Of a stretch of DNA of 47,439 bases, positions 35,440-45,297 are shown piece after piece; the stretch's first letter is position 1, and the number at the start of each line of letters is the position of its first letter. The DNA lies in the UHGV virus genome UHGV-0203852; one strand, 5' to 3'. Origin of the DNA: a virus. The notes under the pieces are model-generated. The model saw nothing but the letters and a program-made list of their open reading frames with translations. It was not told the origin of the DNA and ran no database searches. A program made the translations under genes and the position numbers.

Positions 35440-35904
35440 ATGGGCATCAAGATGACGACACCGCTATCAGCGTTGCAATCGACTATCAGCGACGCAATCG
35501 ACAACCAGCGCACGGCGATGATTGAGCGGTTGCGACTGGTGGGTGAAAAAGCCGTAAATGTAGCACGAGGCTACACAGGTAAGCAATACACCGATAGAAC
35601 GAATAATCTCCGCTCATCAACAGGTTTTATAATTGTCGTTGATGGCATGATATATGGAAGTAGCGGATTTGCTTCGTGCGGAAACGGCGCAGATGGCGAT
35701 GGCAATGCTGGCTGTTCAAGCGGTAAAGCCTACGCCGAGGAATTAGCGGCGAAGTTCCCACAAGGCATTGCGCTCATTGTTGTGGCTGGTATGGAGTACG
35801 CCGCATTCGTGCAAAATAAAGGCTACAACGTGCTACTTGAAGCAGAGCATTTCGCACTCAACGAAGTTGCAAAACTATTAAAGACGATACAGCAGGAATG
35901 GTAA
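35440..35904 (+). CDS. Neck protein (HK97 gp10-like)
   Basis: YTDRTNNLRSS, AGMEYAAFV. Confidence 0.75.
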   Translation: MGIKMTTPLSALQSTISDAIDNQRTAMIERLRLVGEKAVNVARGYTGKQYTDRTNNLRSSTGFIIVVDGMIYGSSGFASCGNGADGDGNAGCSSGKAYAEELAAKFPQGIALIVVAGMEYAAFVQNKGYNVLLEAEHFALNEVAKLLKTIQQEW

Positions 35905-36314
35905 CGAGCAAAACGATACAACGAGACATCTATAACGCATTGCGTGGGAGTGAACTTGCACGCAATATCAGCGGTCGCATCTACTACGACGGCACACGAG
36001 AGCGAGATAGCATGTTGGAGGATGTTGAGGTGGTGTTCACGTATGGCACGACCGACGGACAGACGGCTTCGGGCGTTGTGACGCTGCTCGTTTATTTCCC
36101 TGACATCGACCCTTACGGCAATGGCGTGATGGTTGAGGATATAGCAAGGGCAACGGAGTTGGAGGCGTTATGTGCTGCGTTCGTTGATGAGGCGAAAATC
36201 TCAATGACGAATTACAAGATAGGGCTTCGCCAGTCTATTATGACACAGGCGCAAACAGAGATTAATCAGCATTTCGTTAGTGTTATGCTGTCTTACGAAA
36301 CAATAGAAAATTAA
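35898..36314 (+). CDS. Tail terminator protein
   Basis: Position before the major tail gene; size 138 aa. Confidence 0.6.
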   Translation: MVTSKTIQRDIYNALRGSELARNISGRIYYDGTRERDSMLEDVEVVFTYGTTDGQTASGVVTLLVYFPDIDPYGNGVMVEDIARATELEALCAAFVDEAKISMTNYKIGLRQSIMTQAQTEINQHFVSVMLSYETIEN

Positions 36315-36335
36315 TAAACAAACGATAATAAGGTT

Positions 36336-36842
36336 ATGAACAAAGTAATGGCATGGAGCGAATGCACCATCAAGATTGGTGCAACTCCCGATGGCGAAAC
36401 AATGGCTACCGACTTGACCGAAATTAAAGAGCCTAAATACCAAAGCACAACGCTGGAAAGCGAAGATGGCGATGTGCTGGAGGCGATTAAAGAGGGCGGT
36501 CAACGTGTGGGCTATGAGAAACTGCCAGGCGCATTGACGCTAAAAACACGCATCATCGAGCCTGACGATGAACTTTTCAAGTTGCTTGGGCTTGGCGAGG
36601 CGGAAACAAGTAGTGCTGCAACTGGCGAGTTCAATGTTAAGTCGCACGTTGTATCGAAGTATTTCTCGGTTGAGGTCACACCTGCACACGATGGCGCAAA
36701 GGGTATTCGTGCGCCTAAATGCTCGGTATCTTTTCAATTCGGCTACTCAACACAAGAGGGCAATTATGCCGACTTGACATTTGGTATTCTTGACGGTGCG
36801 GCTGGCTACTGGTACAAGCGTTTTACCGTAAAGAAATCATAA
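36336..36842 (+). CDS. Major tail (tube) protein
   Basis: 168 aa, followed by a terminator and chaperone genes. Confidence 0.7.
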   Translation: MNKVMAWSECTIKIGATPDGETMATDLTEIKEPKYQSTTLESEDGDVLEAIKEGGQRVGYEKLPGALTLKTRIIEPDDELFKLLGLGEAETSSAATGEFNVKSHVVSKYFSVEVTPAHDGAKGIRAPKCSVSFQFGYSTQEGNYADLTFGILDGAAGYWYKRFTVKKS

Positions 36843-36868
36843 AATAACACACTCTCCAAATTTATGTG

Positions 36869-36913
36869 GCGGATAGCCTATCGCTGATAATAGGCGTTGG
36901 CTATCCGCTTTTT
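36869..36913 (+). terminator. Intrinsic terminator after the major tail gene
   Basis: gcggatagcc/ggctatccgc stem plus T5. Confidence 0.75.
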
Positions 36914-36930
36914 AATTCTAAGAAAAACAA

Positions 36931-37515
36931 ATGACGAAAAAGCGAAAATACGAGCAGACTGCCGAGGCGAAAGTGGCTGATGCTATACTGCAAGAGCCTA
37001 TCGTGGTAACGATTGACGGCACAAGGTTTGAAGTGGCACAGCCTACCATCGCCACACTAATCAAGGCGAGTAAATATATAAGTTACCTACCAGCATTTGA
37101 TGTTGAGGCAACCGATGTGCTTTCCGAGGTGTTGCGAAATGCGAAAGACTGCAAGATTATTGGCAAGATAGTTGCGACGCTGATACTTGGCGCAAGGCGT
37201 TTGGCAGAAAACCGAATCGTGTGCCAAACACGCTACGTTGTTAAGGCAAAAAAAAGGCACTGGTGGCAACTTCGCAAAACGGCAGACGACATTTGCACCG
37301 TGAAAGAAACAGTCACGTTGCGAGAGGTTGATTGGCTGGCAAGTGTCGTGAGCGAAAGAATGAGCATCGTGGAATTGCGAGATTTGCTTATCACGCTGTT
37401 AGGCAGTATGCAGGTCGCAGATTTTTTCGGTATTACCATTTCCCTATCCGCAACAAGTCTAACGAAGCCAAACGAGGAAATGGGCAAGAGCGATGCAGTG
37501 CGTGGGGTTTCGTGA
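36931..37515 (+). CDS. Tail assembly chaperone (G)
   Basis: Between major tail and tape measure genes; carries a slippery heptamer. Confidence 0.7.
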   Translation: MTKKRKYEQTAEAKVADAILQEPIVVTIDGTRFEVAQPTIATLIKASKYISYLPAFDVEATDVLSEVLRNAKDCKIIGKIVATLILGARRLAENRIVCQTRYVVKAKKRHWWQLRKTADDICTVKETVTLREVDWLASVVSERMSIVELRDLLITLLGSMQVADFFGITISLSATSLTKPNEEMGKSDAVRGVS

Positions 37516-37715
37516 TATGCTGGGCGAAGTCGCTTAATATGCCTATTGATAGCGTGCTGTATGATATAAGTTATCGCAACGCCATGATGTATGCGAGGGC
37601 ATTGCCACATTATGACGATGAGAAAGAAGATGAATGGGACGCATCGATAGATGCAAGCGACCCTAACAACTTTCAAAGCGCAAACGACGAGGAAACTATT
37701 TACAGAATTAGATAG
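37422..37715 (+). CDS. Tail assembly chaperone GT extension via -1 frameshift
   Basis: T TTT TTC at 37422-37428 in the G frame; the -1 frame is open from 37332 to 37715. Confidence 0.65.
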   Translation, partial: FFRYYHFPIRNKSNEAKRGNGQERCSAWGFVICWAKSLNMPIDSVLYDISYRNAMMYARALPHYDDEKEDEWDASIDASDPNNFQSANDEETIYRIR

Positions 37716-37726
37716 ACGATTATACG

Positions 37727-40700
37727 ATGAATCAAGATAACGGACGATTGAATTTCGTGGCTACTGTTGACACTTCGCAGACGAAGAAAGATGCCGACGA
37801 ACTGGTGCGCATTTTCCAAAACATCGGGAAAAGCGCAGAACGATATGGCATCGACATTGACAAATATATCGGAGGTGGGTTGCGCAACAGCAATGACGCA
37901 CAACGTGCGTTCAAGGGCATTGCAGACGAATTAAAAGCGAAAATAAAATCACAGGCGGCTGCCGTTCAATCGTTGAACCAGCGATACAAAGAGGCATCAT
38001 CGGCAATGTCTAATTCGGTGATGGCGAGTGAGCGACAAAAGAACAATGTCGCATCGCTGAAAAAAGAACTCACTGCCGAACAGCAGGAACTTACGAAGAT
38101 GAAGCAGTTGCTGGCGGATGTCGGTGAACAGCAGATAGCGACTGGTGGCAAGGCTGAAAGTATGCGCTCTCGGTTGCGTGAACTGCGAGAGACGATTTAC
38201 AACTTGGAAATCGAATGGCGCACGATGACCGATGAGCAGCGCAAAAGCGACTTCGGTGTTGCGCTCCGTAAACAGTTGGACAGTGTAAAAAAAGAGGCTG
38301 GCGACCTTGCAGATATTATGGGCGATGTGCAACGTGCGATTCAGTCCGAGGCGAACGATACAGGTAAATTCTCGGCATTGTCCGAGGGCATCAACTTGGC
38401 TGTGTCGAGCGCAACGGCGTTGACTGGTGCAATGGAGTTGCTTGGCGTTAGCGAGGAAGATGCGGAAAAGGTTCAAGCGCAGATTCAAGCAGGGCTCGCA
38501 ATCAGCAACGGACTGATGCAAGCGCAAAACGTGCTGCAAAAGGAAAGCAACCTGATGATTCAGATTGGCAACATTCAGCGGTGGGCGCAGGTGAAAGCCG
38601 AGGCGGCTGCCAATGTGGCGAAAAACGCTGGAACCGTCGCCACAATCAAGGCTACGGTGGCACAGCGTGCGTTCAATTTGGTGGCAAAGGCTAACCCTTA
38701 CGTGCTGTTGGCGACTGCGATTGTTACGGTGGTAGGTGCATTGTTCCTTTTCGCCAAGCGAAGCGATGATGCGAAGCAGAAGCAAGAGGAATTAAACAAG
38801 GAAATCGAGCGTGGAAAGAAAGTGCAAGAGGCTTATACTGGTGCATTCGTTGACAGCGCAACGGATAGTTATAACTCGTTTCAGCGACTACGCACGATGT
38901 ATAATGCGCTCGGCAATGATATGGCGGCTAAACGCAAATTCATTGTCGACAATAAAGATGCTTTCCGCTCGCTTGGGCTGGAAATCACAAGCACAGCCGA
39001 AGCCGAATCTATGTTCAACTCACCCGACAGACTGCAAGCGTTTCAAAACGCAATGATAGCGAGGGCAAGGGCAATGGGAGCCGCTGCCGCAGCCGCCGAA
39101 AAATACAAACAGGCGTTCGAGGAAGAAAGCCAAGTAGTTTCTGCGCCTAAAAAATGGAAAGAAGCAAGCAGAAGCACATACGATGCAACGCCTGCTTGGA
39201 AGAGGAGAAAGTCCGAAAAAACTATATATAGCGGAATTGATGTCGTTGACGCAACAAAATACTTCGTCATTGACGATGCTGCTCAACAAAAGGCATTCGA
39301 CGAGCAACGAAGAAAAAATAAACAGCGTGCAGATGCCTATTTGAAGCAAGGTGATTCGTTTATCAAGCAACAAGTAGAGCAGGAAAAACAAGCAAGAAGA
39401 TACCTAAAGCAAACAGGCTATGCGTATGCTGGTGATACAAACAAAAGAACTGGCAAAACAAACAAAACAACAACCAATAAAACACAGCAAATCAAGAAAA
39501 CAGAGGCGGAGCAATGGTTCGCCAACTGGAAAGCAAGGGTTGCGCAAGCAGACGAACTGCGTGACTTGCTGTATCGCAAGGATGAGGAATTGACCGCCAC
39601 GATGGCTGACGAGAGCGAAAAACGCAGAAAAACGCTCGAGTTGAACTATCGGCGAGAAATTTCCGAACTTAACAAGCAGATGCGAGAAATGGCGGAAAAG
39701 AACAAGTCGGAGGCACTCGCAAAAGATAAAAACGCCGATGTGTCGAATATCGGCTTGACTACTGAACAGCAGAACGCTATGAATGCCATCAGAGAGGCAA
39801 TTCAGAAGCGATATAACTACGAACGCCAATTAATCGATAAGCAGGAAAAGGAGAGCGCACAGGCTTCGCTTGATGCGTTCAACCGAGAATATGGCGACTA
39901 CACACAAAAGCGCATCGCCATCGAGAGTCAGATGCAGCGAGAAATCGCCAACGCACAGAACGATGGCGAGCGCAAAATGGCAAGGGCGAAAGGCAATGAG
40001 GCGTTAGGCGAACTTGATGTGGATTTCGTCAAGAAAAACGCAAAGGTCATTGTTGCATTATACGAGGACACGGCTAACAAGACGGTTGCACAACTTCGGA
40101 AAGTAAAGAAAGAGGCAGCCGAATTGCTGGCATGGTTGCAGAGCGGCAAATTTGACGAGGAGAAAGGGGAATTATTCGGCATCACACCAGACCAATTCGC
40201 ATCGTTAAAAGATAACAAAGAACTGCAAAAGGAAATCACCGACGGCATCGCTGGCATCGGCGAAGCGGCTGACAATGCAGAGCCATCGCTCAGCAAGTTT
40301 GGTGAGACGGTAAAAAACCTATTCAGCAAAGATGGCTTCAACCCTAAAAACATACAGAAGTTTTGCTCTGAATTAACTGCTTTGTCTAACGCTTTCGGTA
40401 CGTTCGGCAAAGAGTTCCAAGAGATAGGCGAGGCGACTGGCTCGGAAACGATAAAGAAAATCGGCGGTGGTATTTCTGCCGTTACAGAAGAAGTGAAAGG
40501 AATTGCAACCGACATGCTTACTGGTTTGCTGATTGGCGGTGCAGTTGGCGGACCAGTTGGCGGACCAGTTGGAGCGGCGATTGGCGGTGCAGTTGGCGTA
40601 ACGAAATCGCTGTTAAAAGGTATATTCAGCATCGGCGGTTATGACTGGGAGTCGTACAACGACATGATGGATAGATACAAGAGCCTCGAGGAAACGTGGG

Positions 40701-41668
40701 ATAGGCTGATAGACAAGAAAAAGGAATATATCAGCGAGGGCTACGGCATCGAGGCGGAAAACATCCGCAAAGACACCGAGCGTCTGATACAAGAGCAGAC
40801 CGAGGCGGCAAGGCGTATGGGCAACGCATGGATAGACGCTGGGCGCAGTTGGCGGTCACACTCGCAAGGCTACCTACTGAACCGCAATATGAGTGACACG
40901 GCTAAAGGTCAAGCCATTGGCGCATTCGGCAGCGACTGGCAACGCAACATACTGCAAATGAGTAGTGAGCAGTTACGCAAGTTGTACGAAGATTCATCAA
41001 TGGCTCAATTTTGGGCGGAACTTAAGCAGTATGGTGGCGACTTTTACGACATCATTATGCGCATCGTGAACGAGCAAGAGAACCTCGAATCGGTTGCCGA
41101 CACGTTGAATGAGCGGCTTACATTCCGTTCGTTCGATGATGTGGAGAGCAGTTTTAATGAGATGCTCACGGATATGGGTAAAGATGCAAAGGACTTTTCC
41201 GAGGATATGGAGGATAACTTCCAAAATGCCATCATTCGCACATTCGTTTACAGCAAGTATCAAGCGCAGTTAAAGGCTTTTTACAATCGCTGGGCAGATG
41301 CGATGAAAGGCGACTTGAACGCTGGCGAACTGGAAACATTGCGCTCGGAGTATATGAACATCGTTAACGATGCCATCAACGAACGCAACCAAATAGCCGA
41401 CGCACTCGGCTTCAAAAAAGCGGCTACCGAGCAGAACTCTACGAGTGGCGGTTTTCAGACGATGAGCCAAGACACAGCAAATGAACTGAACGGACGATTT
41501 ACGGCAATTCAAATGGACGTTTCGTCTGTGCGACAAATGATGGCGGAGTTGCAAGGCATATCGCTCAATAATATGGGCTACCTCGAAGACATCGCAAAGA
41601 ACACTTTCCAACTGTACGAAATGAACGAGCGGTTGGGGAAAATTGAACAAAACACGGCAAGGCTATGA
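37727..41668 (+). CDS. Tail tape measure protein
   Basis: 1313 aa, helical Ala/Gln/Glu-rich, ANPYVLLATAIV hydrophobic patch, glycine-zipper stretch. Confidence 0.92.
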   Translation: MNQDNGRLNFVATVDTSQTKKDADELVRIFQNIGKSAERYGIDIDKYIGGGLRNSNDAQRAFKGIADELKAKIKSQAAAVQSLNQRYKEASSAMSNSVMASERQKNNVASLKKELTAEQQELTKMKQLLADVGEQQIATGGKAESMRSRLRELRETIYNLEIEWRTMTDEQRKSDFGVALRKQLDSVKKEAGDLADIMGDVQRAIQSEANDTGKFSALSEGINLAVSSATALTGAMELLGVSEEDAEKVQAQIQAGLAISNGLMQAQNVLQKESNLMIQIGNIQRWAQVKAEAAANVAKNAGTVATIKATVAQRAFNLVAKANPYVLLATAIVTVVGALFLFAKRSDDAKQKQEELNKEIERGKKVQEAYTGAFVDSATDSYNSFQRLRTMYNALGNDMAAKRKFIVDNKDAFRSLGLEITSTAEAESMFNSPDRLQAFQNAMIARARAMGAAAAAAEKYKQAFEEESQVVSAPKKWKEASRSTYDATPAWKRRKSEKTIYSGIDVVDATKYFVIDDAAQQKAFDEQRRKNKQRADAYLKQGDSFIKQQVEQEKQARRYLKQTGYAYAGDTNKRTGKTNKTTTNKTQQIKKTEAEQWFANWKARVAQADELRDLLYRKDEELTATMADESEKRRKTLELNYRREISELNKQMREMAEKNKSEALAKDKNADVSNIGLTTEQQNAMNAIREAIQKRYNYERQLIDKQEKESAQASLDAFNREYGDYTQKRIAIESQMQREIANAQNDGERKMARAKGNEALGELDVDFVKKNAKVIVALYEDTANKTVAQLRKVKKEAAELLAWLQSGKFDEEKGELFGITPDQFASLKDNKELQKEITDGIAGIGEAADNAEPSLSKFGETVKNLFSKDGFNPKNIQKFCSELTALSNAFGTFGKEFQEIGEATGSETIKKIGGGISAVTEEVKGIATDMLTGLLIGGAVGGPVGGPVGAAIGGAVGVTKSLLKGIFSIGGYDWESYNDMMDRYKSLEETWDRLIDKKKEYISEGYGIEAENIRKDTERLIQEQTEAARRMGNAWIDAGRSWRSHSQGYLLNRNMSDTAKGQAIGAFGSDWQRNILQMSSEQLRKLYEDSSMAQFWAELKQYGGDFYDIIMRIVNEQENLESVADTLNERLTFRSFDDVESSFNEMLTDMGKDAKDFSEDMEDNFQNAIIRTFVYSKYQAQLKAFYNRWADAMKGDLNAGELETLRSEYMNIVNDAINERNQIADALGFKKAATEQNSTSGGFQTMSQDTANELNGRFTAIQMDVSSVRQMMAELQGISLNNMGYLEDIAKNTFQLYEMNERLGKIEQNTARL

Positions 41669-42111
41669 TATACGAATTTACAATCAATGATATTCCGTGC
41701 GAACAATTAGGCGTTACAATTGGTCGTGGGTCTGTTGACGCACTACACGCACCTATGCAGCGCAAAGACTATATAACCAACGAGAATGCAAGCATTAATG
41801 GCGTGCAGTATTTGACCGATAAAGACTATATGCCGAAGTTCGCTTCACGAGATGTTAGCATCGTTGTGTACCTCGAAGCAGCGAGCAAAGAGAGTTATTG
41901 GACGGCTTACGATAGGCTCTGCAACCTGCTTAATGCTGGTGTTGTAACTATCACGGAAACGGTGTATGAAGATGGCGCAGACGATACCGACACTTATGTT
42001 GTATATCGGCTAATCTTCAAGTCGTGTACACAGTTCAGCGAGTACAATGGTCGTATGGCGAAGTTGCTATTACGCTTCACCGAACCCGACCCAACTAACA
42101 GAAATATATAG
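41665..42111 (+). CDS. Distal tail protein
   Basis: Follows the tape measure gene; ends in FTEPDPTNR. Confidence 0.7.
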   Translation: MIYEFTINDIPCEQLGVTIGRGSVDALHAPMQRKDYITNENASINGVQYLTDKDYMPKFASRDVSIVVYLEAASKESYWTAYDRLCNLLNAGVVTITETVYEDGADDTDTYVVYRLIFKSCTQFSEYNGRMAKLLLRFTEPDPTNRNI

Positions 42112-42115
42112 GCGT

Positions 42116-43987
42116 ATGGGAGTAGAGGAAGTGAAAATATACAACGCAAATCGTTCAGTGGTTAAAGCCGTTGTTATACCGAATGATAGCAGTGTTTATT
42201 ACTGCGAATTAATGAGCGCAGAATATATCAAGTTGTCGTTCAATTTGCGTTCGCCTGTTATCTTTGGTGTTGGCGATAACATAACACTTGACGGTTATGG
42301 CTATGGTCGTTTTGAGTTAACGAGCGTTCAGCGACCGACATACAACTCGAAAACTGGCGCATGGGCATATACGCTACAATTCAACGCATCGTATTATAGG
42401 CTTGGCAATAGGCTATTTTGCTACGACAGGCAAAATGGAAGCGAGTGCTCATTCTCGCTAACGCACGACATCGCACATCACACGGCTATCGTCAAAAGCA
42501 ACATCGATGCGCTGATGTTCACATACGACTTCGAATCAATTAGCATCATCATTGATGATAGTGTCAACAAAACGCTATTAAAGGCTATCACATACACCAA
42601 CCAATCAATAATTGACGCTATATCGTCAATCGCCGAGGCGTTCGAGTGTGAATGGTGGTTCAGCGGAAGTGTGTTGCATTTCGGCAGATGCGAGAGCGGA
42701 CACGCTGGCGGTATTGGGTATGTAAAGTTGCGTGAGGGCAAAGAAGTAAACGGAATGACTGCAACAGACAGCGCACAAGACTATTGTACACGCATTATCG
42801 CATTTGGTGGTGAGCGCAACCTATCGTCGAAGTACCGAAGCAATGGCGAAGATGCTACGGCGATAACTAATCATATCGCTAAAAAACGCCTGATGTTGCC
42901 AAGCAAAACACCGTATATTGACGTGCTGGACGGCGTTAGCGGCTCGCAAATCGTGGAAAAGGTATATGTGTTCGACGATATATATCCGAGGCGTGTGGGC
43001 GTAATTACAAGTGTCACAACCAAGGAGTACACCGACACCAACGAGCAGACGGCAGAAGTGAGCAAATGGAATGCGTTTCGCTTTACTGACACTGGCATCG
43101 TGTTCAGCGGCGATTACATTTTGGCTGGCGAAAAACTTAAAATCGTTTTTCAAAGCGGAGTGCTAAATGGCATGATATTCGATGTTAATTTCAATCCCGA
43201 CGGCTACCGAGAGAAAAACGCAGACGGATCTTGGAACACCGACGCACAGGTGTGGGAGATTGTTCGCAATGACGATTATGGCGTTAAACTGCCGAGCGAC
43301 AATTTTGCTCCAGCCGTTGGCGATAAGTATGTGCTTTATAACTTTGATAGCGACAAGTTGGCAAGCATTCAAGTCAGTTATAATGGCGTGATGATGGGCA
43401 TTGTCGAAGCGGCGGAAAAAGAACTTTACGACACCGCACAATCGGAAGCAAAAAAACTGCTAACTGACAGCAAACAATACAAATGCCCAATGAATATGAT
43501 TCGATATTACGGCTTCCAAGATTCGGCGGACGGCTTGAAACATATTGCAGGCACGGAATTGGTATTTGACATCGGTACAAGAGTTGAACTAATCAACAGT
43601 GCATTTTTTTCCGAGAGCGTGAAGTCAAGGATTTACGCCATCGAGCGAAATCTGAATGGTCGCAGTTGTACATATACGGTTGCCGAGAGCGGAAAATATT
43701 CGAAATTCTCCGAACTGCAAAAAGACATCGACGCTGTAAATAAGAATGCAGAAACGAACAAAGCAACTGGTTATGCGATCGACAACAATAGCAACAACTA
43801 CATCAAAGTGAAATACGACCAGTTGGGAAATCCTTACTTGTACTGCACGCTTGATTTTGCCGTGCAATATGGCATAACGGCTTACTCAAGGCAAAAGGCG
43901 ATTGTCGATACCATTATGGACGGCGTATTGGTTGACGGAAAGACAATAAGAATTAACGAAAAAGGACAGTTGGAAGTAATCAAATGA
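42116..43987 (+). CDS. Baseplate hub / tail tip protein
   Basis: FECEWW, TRIIAFGGERN, FDDIYP motifs seen in Bacteroidota siphophage tail tips. Confidence 0.75.
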   Translation: MGVEEVKIYNANRSVVKAVVIPNDSSVYYCELMSAEYIKLSFNLRSPVIFGVGDNITLDGYGYGRFELTSVQRPTYNSKTGAWAYTLQFNASYYRLGNRLFCYDRQNGSECSFSLTHDIAHHTAIVKSNIDALMFTYDFESISIIIDDSVNKTLLKAITYTNQSIIDAISSIAEAFECEWWFSGSVLHFGRCESGHAGGIGYVKLREGKEVNGMTATDSAQDYCTRIIAFGGERNLSSKYRSNGEDATAITNHIAKKRLMLPSKTPYIDVLDGVSGSQIVEKVYVFDDIYPRRVGVITSVTTKEYTDTNEQTAEVSKWNAFRFTDTGIVFSGDYILAGEKLKIVFQSGVLNGMIFDVNFNPDGYREKNADGSWNTDAQVWEIVRNDDYGVKLPSDNFAPAVGDKYVLYNFDSDKLASIQVSYNGVMMGIVEAAEKELYDTAQSEAKKLLTDSKQYKCPMNMIRYYGFQDSADGLKHIAGTELVFDIGTRVELINSAFFSESVKSRIYAIERNLNGRSCTYTVAESGKYSKFSELQKDIDAVNKNAETNKATGYAIDNNSNNYIKVKYDQLGNPYLYCTLDFAVQYGITAYSRQKAIVDTIMDGVLVDGKTIRINEKGQLEVIK

Positions 43988-45087
43988 TAGGACAGAGCGA
44001 CATATCATATAAGGAAATAAGGAATGTGCTGAATGCCCACGGTGGAAATGTGGGCAGCAGGCACTCGGATTTTTTCTCCGAAAAGGCGAAAATCAACAAG
44101 TGGAGCAAGAAAAAGCCTGTGGAGCATCAAAAGATGTTCAAACTCACTGACGAGGATTTCGCATCGGTGAACTGGGGTTGGAAAGCGGAAAGTTATGCCA
44201 ATCCGTTCAGAATGATAGACGCTTGGTGTGGCGACTTTTGGGCGTACACTCTGCCGAGTGGTAATCTGCGCATATCAGACTTTGCAGGCTACGACCCCGA
44301 CGCTGTGAACCCTTTCCTTATTGAGTTGTTAGGCTCGGAGAAAGTGAAGGCTGGCGACACCGTGAGGATAGCGACCACACAAGAGGACATTCAAAGCATT
44401 GTGGGAACATACAAGGTGTTCGAGGGTATTGCCTACGACTTGTGGTATGTGGGCGTTATGTTTTGCCCGATTTTCAAGGTCGGAATGAACAAGGTGTATT
44501 ACTGCTCGGTGTCGAGCATCATTGACTACGATACCGAGAAAATCAGTTTCACCGTTCCAAGCGAGATTGCAGACGGCAGTTATCGGGCTATTTTGGTTTT
44601 CACAAGTTATGCAGGGGCGAAGTTCGAGGAATTGAGCGACAAGCAAAATTACTATTCGGAATGGGTGGGCATACCTTGCAACGCTGTGGCGTTTGAAAAA
44701 GTGCAATACATCACACCCGATGTGTGGAAGCAGTATGGCATCACATTTGAGAATGTGACTATCTCCACCATCATTGACCCACGAGGCTATCTGCTGAACT
44801 CCTTGGATATGGACATCGAGCAGACGCTTGGCGACTATCCGTATGGCGTGCATACCAAGGTGGAAATGACGGTGCAGACGGAAAATGGCGATGTGACACT
44901 TGGAGTGGTGGAGAATGACATCAACCCCAACGGAATAGTAACCGACAGTTTCGCATACGTCGACAGCGACGATAAGCACGTGGTGATGGTGGAAATGCCC
45001 GAAAAGATAGGCGTGAGGGTGACAGTCACGACAGATGGCGAACAGCGAGTGTGGCAGACTTCTGCGAGCATCGAAACCTACGAATAG
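43984..45087 (+). CDS. Tail-associated structural protein
   Basis: INKWSKKKPV...RISDFAGY motif; located in the tail module. Confidence 0.6.
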   Translation: MIGQSDISYKEIRNVLNAHGGNVGSRHSDFFSEKAKINKWSKKKPVEHQKMFKLTDEDFASVNWGWKAESYANPFRMIDAWCGDFWAYTLPSGNLRISDFAGYDPDAVNPFLIELLGSEKVKAGDTVRIATTQEDIQSIVGTYKVFEGIAYDLWYVGVMFCPIFKVGMNKVYYCSVSSIIDYDTEKISFTVPSEIADGSYRAILVFTSYAGAKFEELSDKQNYYSEWVGIPCNAVAFEKVQYITPDVWKQYGITFENVTISTIIDPRGYLLNSLDMDIEQTLGDYPYGVHTKVEMTVQTENGDVTLGVVENDINPNGIVTDSFAYVDSDDKHVVMVEMPEKIGVRVTVTTDGEQRVWQTSASIETYE

Positions 45088-45108
45088 TAATTTTAAAATA
45101 TAAGAGTT

Positions 45109-45297
45109 ATGGTTATTTATTTGTTTTTAGTTTTCATCATAGTGGTGCTGGCTTATATGTATTGCACGGAGCGGAAGATTGCCGAGCGGTACAAGGCTAT
45201 TGCGAGTGATTTTGACAAAGAGTTTAAGGACTTGCAAAAGGAATGCGAGTTGATGAAAAGCAAAATAAAAGGCATTAAAAAGACGGTGAAGAAATGA
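45109..45297 (+). CDS. Small membrane-anchored coiled-coil protein
   Basis: N-terminal TM helix followed by a charged coiled coil. Confidence 0.55.
   Translation: MVIYLFLVFIIVVLAYMYCTERKIAERYKAIASDFDKEFKDLQKECELMKSKIKGIKKTVKK

Noticed and set aside
40535..40600. 12-bp tandem repeats in the tape measure gene
   Set aside because: Explained by the GGAVGGPVGGPVG glycine-zipper coding sequence, a common tape measure feature
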